From the NCBI GenBank assembly GCA_964523175.1, contig CAZGAI010000001.1, positions 13,408 to 41,955 on the forward strand: a stretch of DNA of 28,548 nucleotides, given 5' to 3'. Position 1 is the first letter of the stretch, and each line of letters begins with the position of its first letter. The DNA comes from an uncultured Victivallales bacterium. Lineage in GTDB: Bacteria; Verrucomicrobiota; Lentisphaeria; Victivallales; GWF2-38-69. This document shows, one piece after another, positions 16,921 through 25,076 of the stretch. A program made the position numbers and the translations under genes. Below the pieces are notes generated by a model. The model saw nothing but the letters and a program-made list of their open reading frames with translations. It ran no database searches and was not told the origin of the DNA.

Positions 16921-16946
16921 GTACGGCGCAAGCATTGCGTCTCTAC
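16921..16946 (-). repeat. GTAG-tagged REP-like palindrome (RAYT-type)
   Basis: The minus strand reads GTAG-AGACGCAA-TGC-TTGCGCCGTAC: GTAG tag followed by an imperfect hairpin, 4 nt after the rsmE stop. Confidence 0.7.
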
Positions 16947-17280
16947 AAACGAAAGTATAAATATATTTTAAATAGATAGAACTATTTGGTAGCTTTTTAT
17001 GTAATAAAGTAACGTTTTAGGCAGATTAAAAAGTTATTACAGTTAAATAGAAGCACTTGCCATTGTGATTTTCTTGAGATGAGCAGCATATACTTCTTCC
17101 TTCATAGCTTACAATGGAAAAACGTCAATACTGTTTTGAAAAAACCCCTAATTTAATTATAAAATTGCTACTCTCAAATATTTACAAAAACCACATTGCT
17201 TTATCTGTTTTTTATTGATAATTTGCTAACAGTTTCTAAGTTGTTTATAATAAATATTTTTTGAGTAAAATTAAGGTATT

Positions 17281-17328
17281 ATACAATATATAGTTGTTTT
17301 ATTTTTCCCTATACACTATATATATGTA
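17281..17328 (+). promoter_or_regulatory. Tandem NrdR boxes upstream of nrdD
   Basis: ATACAATATATAGTTG (17281-17296) matches 13 of 16 positions of acaCwAtATaTwGtgt. ACACTATATATATGTA (17313-17328) matches 12 of 16. The starts are 32 bp apart, the usual spacing of paired NrdR boxes. Confidence 0.75.
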
Positions 17329-17438
17329 TAGAGAGTTTTTGCAATGCTTTTAATTACTCTCAAATCTATCAACTAAAAAACATTATATAATATTAAAATA
17401 AAACTGTAATCATATTTAAGAGGGGGAGTTTTATCGAC

Positions 17439-19439
17439 ATGCCTAGTTTACCGTACGCTAAAATCAGAAAAAGAGACGGAAGAATTACGGATTTTGAACC
17501 AGAACGAATAACACTGGCTGTAGATAAAGCTTTACGTGCTATAGGAACAGCCAATCATAAACTGGCAAAGACAATTTGCAACGATGTTCTAAAGTCATTG
17601 GAAAGCTGCAGGGATAAAGTTGATATACCTGATATTGAGTTGGTGCAGGACCTTGTTGAAAGTGCATTTATCCGTAGAAGTTTAACAGAGGCAGCAAAAT
17701 CCTATATTCTTTATCGTGCACAGCACCAAAATCTTCGAAAAAACCGGCAGCTTTTAATGGATATACAGGATCTTGTTGGTTCTTATCTTGATAGAAATGA
17801 TTGGAGAGTTAACGAAAACTCCAACGCAGGATATTCTTTTGCCAGCCTTTTAAATCATATTAGCGGTTCTGTTATTGCAAACTATACTCTAGGAAATATT
17901 TATCCGAAAGAAATAGCGGAAGCACATTCAGACGGAAATCTCCATATCCATGATCTGTCCTGCGGAATTGTTGGATATTGTGCCGGCTGGAGTTTAAGAC
18001 TTCTTCTTTCCGAAGGCTTTAGAGGGAGAGAAGGAAGAGCCAGTGCGTCACCTGCAAAGCATTTTGATACAGCACTTGGGCAAATAGTAAACTTTATGTG
18101 TACACTTCAAACAGAATGGGCCGGAGCTCAGGCCTTCAGTTCATTTGATACATTACTGGCTCCATTTATTAGAGAAGATGGTCAGAGCTACACAAAAGTT
18201 AAACAAACGATACAGCAGTTTGTTTTTGGCCTTAATATAGCAAGCAGGTGGGGGCAGACACCTTTTACAAATTTGACTTTTGACTGGGTAGTTCCAGAAG
18301 ATCTTAAAGAAACACCAATAATTATTGGTGGAGAAATACAAGATGGCAAATATTATGGTGACTATCAAACAGAAATGGATATGATCAACAAAGCATTTCT
18401 TGAGATTATGTCCAATGGAGATCGTGACGGAAGAGTGTTTACTTTTCCTATTCCTACATATAATATTACAGAAGATTTTAACTGGGGTTCTGAAAATGCC
18501 CGACTTCTGTTTGAAGTTGCGGGAAAATATGGACTTCCCTATTTTCAAAATTTTATAAAAAGTGATCTTAATCCCGGAGATGTGCGCAGTATGTGCTGCC
18601 GCCTGCAAATGGACATAAGAGAATTGAAAAATAAAACAGGAGGATTATTTGGTTCTGGTGAACAAACTGGTTCTATTGGTGTAGTAACAATTAATATGCC
18701 GAGAATTGGTTATTTGGCAGAAACTGAAAAAGAGTTTTTTGCCAGGCTCAGTAATCAAATGGATATAGCAAAAGAATCGCTGGAAATTAAAAGAAAAGCT
18801 GTCCAAAGGTATCTTGATAATGAACTGCTTCCGTACACCAGAATTTATCTTGATACACTAGACAATCATTTTAATACGATAGGACTGGTCGGACTCAATG
18901 AGACATGTCTGAATTTTCTGGGCTGCAGCATTGTAGACGAGGAAGGGATGGATTTTTCGCTAAAAGTTTTAGATTTTATGAGATCCAGAATAGCTGATTA
19001 TCAAGAAGAAACGGGTCATATTTATAATCTCGAAGCTACTCCGGCAGAAGGAACCAGCTTCCGTCTGGCTAAAATTGACAAAAAAAAATATCCGGAAATA
19101 ATATGTGCAGGTGATACAAATTATTATTACACAAATTCTTCACAGCTTCCGGTAGGTTATACAGATGATATGTTCGAAGCATTAGACCTTCAGGAACCTC
19201 TCCAGCAACGCTATACCGGCGGGACAGTTTTTCATGGATTTATCGGAGAAAGGATAGAGGATCCGGACCAAGTTGCCAAGCTGGTAAGGCGTGTAGCTGA
19301 AACCTATAAAATACCTTATTTTACAATCAGCCCTACCTTCAGCATATGTCCTGTTCACGGATATGTACCGGGAGAACATGATGAGTGTCCTTGTGACTCT
19401 CAAGATGATCTTAGCAAACAACTTAAGGTAATTGGATAA
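17439..19439 (+). CDS. nrdD: Class III (anaerobic) ribonucleoside-triphosphate reductase large chain with N-terminal ATP cone, lacking the C-terminal glycyl-radical motif
   Basis: ATP cone (IRKRDGR...F..ERI..AV), WRVNENSN, HIHDLS..YCAGW, GAQAFSSFDT, FTFPIPTYN, MCCRL finger loop (18591-18605), NLEATPAEG.S.RLA, YYTNSSQLP, YTGGTVFH, CPVHGY..GEH..CP. No YSRxxGY motif. Confidence 0.95.
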   Translation: MPSLPYAKIRKRDGRITDFEPERITLAVDKALRAIGTANHKLAKTICNDVLKSLESCRDKVDIPDIELVQDLVESAFIRRSLTEAAKSYILYRAQHQNLRKNRQLLMDIQDLVGSYLDRNDWRVNENSNAGYSFASLLNHISGSVIANYTLGNIYPKEIAEAHSDGNLHIHDLSCGIVGYCAGWSLRLLLSEGFRGREGRASASPAKHFDTALGQIVNFMCTLQTEWAGAQAFSSFDTLLAPFIREDGQSYTKVKQTIQQFVFGLNIASRWGQTPFTNLTFDWVVPEDLKETPIIIGGEIQDGKYYGDYQTEMDMINKAFLEIMSNGDRDGRVFTFPIPTYNITEDFNWGSENARLLFEVAGKYGLPYFQNFIKSDLNPGDVRSMCCRLQMDIRELKNKTGGLFGSGEQTGSIGVVTINMPRIGYLAETEKEFFARLSNQMDIAKESLEIKRKAVQRYLDNELLPYTRIYLDTLDNHFNTIGLVGLNETCLNFLGCSIVDEEGMDFSLKVLDFMRSRIADYQEETGHIYNLEATPAEGTSFRLAKIDKKKYPEIICAGDTNYYYTNSSQLPVGYTDDMFEALDLQEPLQQRYTGGTVFHGFIGERIEDPDQVAKLVRRVAETYKIPYFTISPTFSICPVHGYVPGEHDECPCDSQDDLSKQLKVIG

Positions 19440-19596
19440 AATAAATTAATAGTTAAAACGTACAGGGATTTACTTTTTAACATGTTCATAGTCAACAATG
19501 TTAAAATTCACAACAAAATAAAAAGACAAAAACAAGATTTATCTTGAATTAGATACCGGGTAGTATAATACTAAAAACAAACAAGGAGGAATAGAA

Positions 19597-19749
19597 ATGG
19601 CTAAATGTGCCAGTAAATGTGAAATTTATTCAAGAGTAACCGGTTATATGAGACCAATAAAAAGCTGGAACAAAGGGAAGCGTGAGGAATTCAAAAACCG
19701 CAAAGCCTACAATGTTCAACAATCCTCAGTAAAAGCTAATGTGGCGTAG
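19597..19749 (+). CDS. nrdD: Stand-alone glycyl-radical domain of class III RNR, 50 aa (absent from the ORF track)
   Basis: Translated by hand: MAKCASKCEIYSRVTGYMRPIKSWNKGKREEFKNRKAYNVQQSSVKANVA*. Contains YSRVTGY.RP...WN.GK..EF..R. AAGGAGG at 19583-19589, 7 nt before the ATG. Confidence 0.93.
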   Translation: MAKCASKCEIYSRVTGYMRPIKSWNKGKREEFKNRKAYNVQQSSVKANVA

Positions 19750-19780
19750 CCATACTCCAGCTGGACTGGAACGCTGACAA

Positions 19781-20482
19781 ATGAATATTCGAGGAATTAA
19801 TAAATTTAGTTTAGTTGATTATCCTGGAAAAATTGCCAGTATAATATTTGTAGGTAATTGTAATTTAATCTGCCCTTACTGCCATAATCCATTTTTAGTA
19901 GTAGATCCAGAAAGTCAACCATTAATTCCTGACTCTGAATTTTTTACTTTTCTAAAGAAAAGAAAAGGAAAACTTGATGCTGTTGTTATAAGCGGTGGCG
20001 AACCTACGTTAAGAAAAGAACTTTTAGCTTTTTCAGAAAAGCTAAAAGAAATGGGGTTCCTAATAAAACTAGATACAAACGGTACTAACCCTGACATAGT
20101 AGAGAAACTTTATTTATCTGATTGTCTTGATTACCTCGGCATTGATTATAAGTGCCCTTTGAACAGATATTCAGAATTAATGGTTTCTGATTCTATTAAT
20201 GCAGGTTTGAATGTTCAAAAAACAATTTCCTATGCAGTTAATTATAAAATACCGCATGATATAAGAACAACAGTTCACAAAGTGCTTCTTTTGCCTGAAG
20301 ACTTGAATATTATGCGAAAAGAGCTGAGTGGGCTTGGGGTCAAAAAGTGGGTACTTCAGCAGTTTAACAATGTAGATATACTGGATGAAAAGCTTTTGGA
20401 TTTAGAAACATATTCTGATGAAGAACTCGTTAGCATAGCTAAGCACTTACCTTTAGTCAAAGCAAGAGGACTAAAAAACTAA
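19781..20482 (+). CDS. nrdG: Anaerobic ribonucleotide reductase activating radical SAM enzyme
   Basis: S.VDYPGK.ASIIF..GCN..CPYCHN (CxxxCxxC), VVISGGEPTL, KLDTNGTNP, D.K, RTTV. Follows the nrdD genes. Confidence 0.95.
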   Translation: MNIRGINKFSLVDYPGKIASIIFVGNCNLICPYCHNPFLVVDPESQPLIPDSEFFTFLKKRKGKLDAVVISGGEPTLRKELLAFSEKLKEMGFLIKLDTNGTNPDIVEKLYLSDCLDYLGIDYKCPLNRYSELMVSDSINAGLNVQKTISYAVNYKIPHDIRTTVHKVLLLPEDLNIMRKELSGLGVKKWVLQQFNNVDILDEKLLDLETYSDEELVSIAKHLPLVKARGLKN

Positions 20483-20593
20483 AATTATATTTTAGTTCTT
20501 TTGATTGTTGGTTACTCGGAATAACGGTATGCTGTGGTAAACTTATCTTCAGCTTTTACATTAGTATTTTTAATATTTACCACCTACCTTAGA

Positions 20594-21310
20594 TTATAAT
20601 AGATGCTGGCCTCCGTCTAGGGTGATTATTTCTCCTGTAATGCTGTCATTTTCAGCAAAGAAAACACAGGCATTAGTTATCTCTTCTATTTGAGTAGGTA
20701 TTTTCATGGGGCTTGTCATCAGGGATTTCTGCATTTTTGATTTCGAAAGCCAGACAGGCGGAAGAACTACCCCGGGTGCTATCCCATTTACACGTATTTC
20801 AGGAGCCCATTGCAATGCAGCCATCCGGGTGGCTTCCGCAAGAGATTTTTTTGATAATAAGTATGATCCGGAAATACTATTTACAGAATATATACTATGG
20901 TCCAGAATATTTATAATAAGGCCTTTATCAGAGCACTGTCTTCTAAATTGTTTCATTAAAGTTAAAGGAGCCCAGAAATTAATTTCATATTGCTGTCGAG
21001 CTGATTCTAAATTTTCTACATCTAAAGGTTTATTATCGAAAATAGAGGCATTATTAATAAGTATATCAACCTTTCCTAAAGAATGAATAAGATTGCTAAT
21101 ATATGATGTACATGTCAAATCACCTCTGGTTAGGGTGTGGCCCCTACCAGATCCCCCAAGTTTAGCAAACAATTCTTCAGCCGCCCCACTCGAGCAATTA
21201 TAGTGAAGTATTATCTTTGAGCCATGGGCCGCAAGCATCCGGCATATGCCGGCTCCAATTCTGACTGCTCCACCGGTAACTAATACTCTTTTGTTTTTTA
21301 ATTTCATCAT
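20594..21310 (-). CDS. Short-chain dehydrogenase/reductase of the pteridine reductase (FolM/PTR1)-like type
   Basis: VLVTGGAVRIG (TGxxxRIG with the Arg typical of pteridine reductases), LHYNCS, LINNASIF, IINILD, YLLSKK (YxxxK), RVNGIAPG, ITGE...DGG. Confidence 0.8.
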   Translation of the reverse strand: MMKLKNKRVLVTGGAVRIGAGICRMLAAHGSKIILHYNCSSGAAEELFAKLGGSGRGHTLTRGDLTCTSYISNLIHSLGKVDILINNASIFDNKPLDVENLESARQQYEINFWAPLTLMKQFRRQCSDKGLIINILDHSIYSVNSISGSYLLSKKSLAEATRMAALQWAPEIRVNGIAPGVVLPPVWLSKSKMQKSLMTSPMKIPTQIEEITNACVFFAENDSITGEIITLDGGQHLL

Positions 21311-21362
21311 ATATCCAGTTCGATTACTGTTAAAGTAGTATCTTGATTTATTATTATATGAT

Positions 21363-23324
21363 TCATATCTTTGCTTTGTCGGTGGAGGCAGGAATATAGA
21401 TAAAGAATGCAGTTCCGGTACCTAATTGACTTTTTACATGTATAAAACCTTTATGATTAGTAATTTCACCATATGCCATTGCCAACCCCATACCTGTACC
21501 TTTGCCTACTTCTTTAGTGGTAAAAAATGGTTCAAATACTTGATCCATTATATCTTTATTCATGCCGGAACCATTGTCTTCTGCAATAATTTGATAATAA
21601 TTATTAGGATCAGCATCTGCTTTTAAGGGTTTCCAGTCTTCTGGGAATTTAGAAGCTTTTCTTAGTTCCAATGAGATTCTTTTAGGTCTATCACTATTAT
21701 TTTCAGTCGCATCCATGGCATTGATTAATAAGTTTAGAAGAACCTGTTGTAGTTGAAGAAAGTCACCATTAACAAAACAGGCATATTGCGGAATATCCAT
21801 TGACAACTCTATTTGCTTATGTGCTAAAGGTATAAACATTTCTCGGGTTCCCAGTAGTATATCCCGAAGATCAAGTATGCGCTTCTGAAACTTGCTTTTT
21901 CTTGCAAAACCTAATAATTGAACAGTAATATTGCTTGCCTTTTCTACGAGAGTCATAACACTATTTAAATGTTTCTTTACAGATTCATCTTTAATTTTAC
22001 TAAATAACAGTACGATATCAATATGCCCCTGTATTGCATGCAGGATATTATTAAATTCGTGAGCGATTCCGCCAGCCAGTCGACCAAGAGATTCAACTCT
22101 CTGTGCATGGTACAGTTGTTCTTTTAGTTCATCTTTCTCTTTGATTAATAGGTTCCGCTCGGTATAATTTCGACAAACAACTATAAGCACCGGTTTATTT
22201 CGTATAAATATTTTCGAAAATGATGCATCTACATCAATGGTCTCATTCATCCCATTTTTCATTGCTATCTGTTTGTTGGAGAGAGGAGTTGAAGAAGATT
22301 TATTCTTTGAATGTCCACCCTCGCTCCATAATTTTTCCCACATACACGGGAGTATAGTAAAAGTTTTAACAATATCGAAAAAGGATTTATTTATTAATTT
22401 ATCTTTTGATTTACAGCATAAAATTTTTAAGGTTGATGGATTAGCATCAAGAATTTTTCCATCTCTGTCAAGAATTAAAATCATATCACTGACATTTTCA
22501 ATTACCATACGATACCTGCCCTCCCATTCAAGAATATTTTGTTGGAGGGCTTTAGCTTTTTTATAGCTTCCAAGAAATGAAAAAACAATATCAAGAGTTT
22601 TTCTACCCCGTCCAAAAATATCTTTCTCTACTCTGGTAAGGTATATACTTATCAGTGCACTTAACCATATTGTAAGAATTGCCCTTGCAATATATGTGGA
22701 GCGCAGGTGCATCCACCATTGAGGATCATTCCAGTAAGAAATAGTTATAGAAACGAAGGAGTCAACAATTTGAGTAAGCATTAGAGAACCTAAAACAGCA
22801 AAAAAGACCCTTGCCTTAAGATTCCGTAAACGCTGATAAAATATGGGGATAAGAAACAGGTCAAGTACCAGTGCAGCAATAACGCCTGTCATACTAACAA
22901 GGCTACGTCCTAATAAGTACTCCAAAGAGTTAGCAGTTGGTCCCTGTGAAATATGAAAACCATTCCAGGAGCACTGAATTAAAGTTATATAAGAGATATA
23001 AATATAAAAAGCAAATACAACAACTGCTCCTATAATGAGTCGCTGGGTTATGATTGTTCCTTCCGAAATGTATACAACCATTACAGCGGCGAGAAGGGGG
23101 AGAAACAGAATAGAGTTCGCTATATAAAAATCAGCCCCTGAATAACCGACAACAACTTTTAATTCAGTAGAGCTGACGATCTGTAAAAAAACAAAAAGAG
23201 CCCCAAGTGCAAGGTAAAAAGCAGTTCTTCCTATTTGATTTCTAAGTCCGTGTAGTAGTAGTAGACCAGTAGTAATAAATGTAATTTCAAGAAAAGCCAA
23301 AGCTATAGCTATATAAAGTTCCAC
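21363..23324 (-). CDS. Membrane sensor histidine kinase: multi-TM N-terminus (about 1-231), PAS, HisKA and HATPase_c; no receiver domain
   Basis: E.RYR.VIEN.SD.I.ILD.DG.I...N (PAS), LAGGIAHEFNNIL (H box), LQQVLLNLLINAMDA (N), DNGSGM (G1), FEPFFTTKEVGKGTGMGL (F/G2). GTG start. Confidence 0.93.
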   Translation of the reverse strand: MELYIAIALAFLEITFITTGLLLLHGLRNQIGRTAFYLALGALFVFLQIVSSTELKVVVGYSGADFYIANSILFLPLLAAVMVVYISEGTIITQRLIIGAVVVFAFYIYISYITLIQCSWNGFHISQGPTANSLEYLLGRSLVSMTGVIAALVLDLFLIPIFYQRLRNLKARVFFAVLGSLMLTQIVDSFVSITISYWNDPQWWMHLRSTYIARAILTIWLSALISIYLTRVEKDIFGRGRKTLDIVFSFLGSYKKAKALQQNILEWEGRYRMVIENVSDMILILDRDGKILDANPSTLKILCCKSKDKLINKSFFDIVKTFTILPCMWEKLWSEGGHSKNKSSSTPLSNKQIAMKNGMNETIDVDASFSKIFIRNKPVLIVVCRNYTERNLLIKEKDELKEQLYHAQRVESLGRLAGGIAHEFNNILHAIQGHIDIVLLFSKIKDESVKKHLNSVMTLVEKASNITVQLLGFARKSKFQKRILDLRDILLGTREMFIPLAHKQIELSMDIPQYACFVNGDFLQLQQVLLNLLINAMDATENNSDRPKRISLELRKASKFPEDWKPLKADADPNNYYQIIAEDNGSGMNKDIMDQVFEPFFTTKEVGKGTGMGLAMAYGEITNHKGFIHVKSQLGTGTAFFIYIPASTDKAKI

Positions 23325-23419
23325 AAAATCATCCTTCTGTTATTAGTACAGGAATTGATTATAAACAGTTTGTAAACAAAAAATTAATATTCATAATTAA
23401 AAAAATAGACTTGTTAGAT

Positions 23420-24478
23420 TTATTCCTGGAGTTTCTCTCTTACAATTTTAGCTCTCAGAATATCTCGCTCTGTTGAAGTTAATTTATTCAGTGATTGTTT
23501 TTGAAGATGGGCTTGTTGTATCGCGATGAAAAGTTCATTTATTGTATGAATATTCAGTGAAGTAAACATTTTTAGATCTACTCCCATTCGCAATGCGGAA
23601 AGAGAATTTAAAGCCTCTTTGCTTGATAATATACAAGAATATCGCAGAACTCCGTATGCTCTCCCAATATAATCCTGTAAAAAATTTTGTTTTGTTTCCA
23701 AAAGCTTTAATCTGGTGTTTTTTTCATGGTTAATAATCTGTTTTATTATATTTTCAAGACGCTCTATTATCTGTAGTTCTGTTTCTCCAAGAGTACTCTG
23801 GTTTGATACCTGATACAAATTACCTATACATTCGGAACCTTCTCCAAACAAGCCTCTAACAGCTAATCCAAGCTTACTGACACCCTGGACAACAGAATTT
23901 AAATAGCCCGAAAGCGTTAAACCTGGAAGATTAAGCATTACAGAAGCACGCATCCCGGTCCCAACATTTGTGGGACATGATGTTAGATAACCGAGGGTTT
24001 TATTATATGCGAAAGAAATATTATTGCTTAATTGATTATCTATATCCTCAATGACAGTCCAGACTTTTCGAAGAGATAGACCCGGCTGCATTACCTGTAA
24101 ACGTATATGGTCTTCTTCGTTTATCATAATACTACATAAACCGGTTTTATTTGTCATTAAACTGCTTCCGCTTCCACCTTTAGAAAAATCACGACTGATA
24201 AGATGACGCTCTAGCAAAAAAAGTCTATCTATTTCAGATAAAGAATCTATGTGAAACTCCATTGCAGTATCTAGTATTTTATGTTTTTTAATTGTAGAAG
24301 ACAGCATTAAAAGTACCTGCTGAAGTTCTAATTCAGATGAATTGACTGGAAAAGGTAAGCCGGAAATATTTCTGGCAAGCCTAATGCGCGAACTAATAGC
24401 AATATTTTCATCAAGGCCGCTATCAGCCAGCCAATTGACAGGACAAAAGAGCAATTTATCTATAGATTTATTTTTCAT
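23420..24478 (-). CDS. mcsB: Protein arginine kinase McsB
   Basis: ISSRIRLARNI, L.ERHLIS, MINEEDHIRLQ, GYLTSCPTNVGTGMRASVM, RG.FGEGS...GNLYQVSNQ.TLG, D.LRA..VRE. Confidence 0.95.
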   Translation of the reverse strand: MKNKSIDKLLFCPVNWLADSGLDENIAISSRIRLARNISGLPFPVNSSELELQQVLLMLSSTIKKHKILDTAMEFHIDSLSEIDRLFLLERHLISRDFSKGGSGSSLMTNKTGLCSIMINEEDHIRLQVMQPGLSLRKVWTVIEDIDNQLSNNISFAYNKTLGYLTSCPTNVGTGMRASVMLNLPGLTLSGYLNSVVQGVSKLGLAVRGLFGEGSECIGNLYQVSNQSTLGETELQIIERLENIIKQIINHEKNTRLKLLETKQNFLQDYIGRAYGVLRYSCILSSKEALNSLSALRMGVDLKMFTSLNIHTINELFIAIQQAHLQKQSLNKLTSTERDILRAKIVREKLQE

Positions 24479-25028
24479 TTGTTTCAGTGTTAATATCTTT
24501 TTTAAGTTCGTGAATCTGATCTCTTATTTTAGCAGCTTCCTCGTATTCTTCACGTAAAACATGAATATCCAGCTGTTTTTGCAAATTCAATATATCAAGA
24601 AGCTGTAAGCCTATGCCATTTTCCCTTAATTCCGGGCACCTTCCTGTATGTATAATTCCTTTATGCATATGGCATAATGTTTCAGAGAGAATCTCTGAAA
24701 ATGCATGATAACAGGCCTCACAACCAAGTCTTCCAGTCTTTTGGAACCTGCGGACTTCCCATTTACATTTAGGACAAACAATGTTGGTGACAGCTTCATT
24801 ATCAAGGGGGGTGTTGGACTGTATTTTTTCCGGCTCCGGCAGCAATCCTTCTGTAGAAGCGGATAGTTTATAAAGAATTTCAGCAATGTTAATGCCTTGT
24901 AAGTCTATTGTATTCAAACCTTTTTCAACAGAACAGTTCTTGCAAATATGCAGAGTTGTTTTACCCTGTTTACTTAATTCTTGAATATGAATAGTGGCTT
25001 GATTTGTCTTACATATCTCACACAACAT
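24468..25028 (-). CDS. mcsA: McsA (protein arginine kinase activator; CxxC motifs plus UVR domain), about 186 aa
   Basis: MLCEIC...ATIH, HIC..C, CPKC, F..TGRLGC..CY..F, H....H.G..P, E.YEEAAKIRDQI. AAGGTG before the ATG at 25028. Overlaps the mcsB start. Confidence 0.93.
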   Translation of the reverse strand: MLCEICKTNQATIHIQELSKQGKTTLHICKNCSVEKGLNTIDLQGINIAEILYKLSASTEGLLPEPEKIQSNTPLDNEAVTNIVCPKCKWEVRRFQKTGRLGCEACYHAFSEILSETLCHMHKGIIHTGRCPELRENGIGLQLLDILNLQKQLDIHVLREEYEEAAKIRDQIHELKKDINTETNEK

Positions 25029-25076
25029 TTTAAACACCTTTAAAATTCAATTTATTAGAGGCTATATCTCAGTAGG

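Noticed and set aside
17043-17105. 20-aa ORF on the minus strand (MKEEVYAAHLKKITMASASI)
   Set aside because: No RBS and too short to support without conservation data.
19380-19600. nrdD as a pseudogene, frameshift or intron-interrupted gene
   Set aside because: The two parts are 157 nt apart, the small ORF has its own strong RBS and intact motif, and no intron or intein features are present. A genuine split is the simpler reading.
20534-20583. Terminator between the convergent nrdG and SDR genes (GTGGTAAA / TTTACCAC)
   Set aside because: An 8-bp stem with a 34-nt loop and no U-tract is too weak to call.
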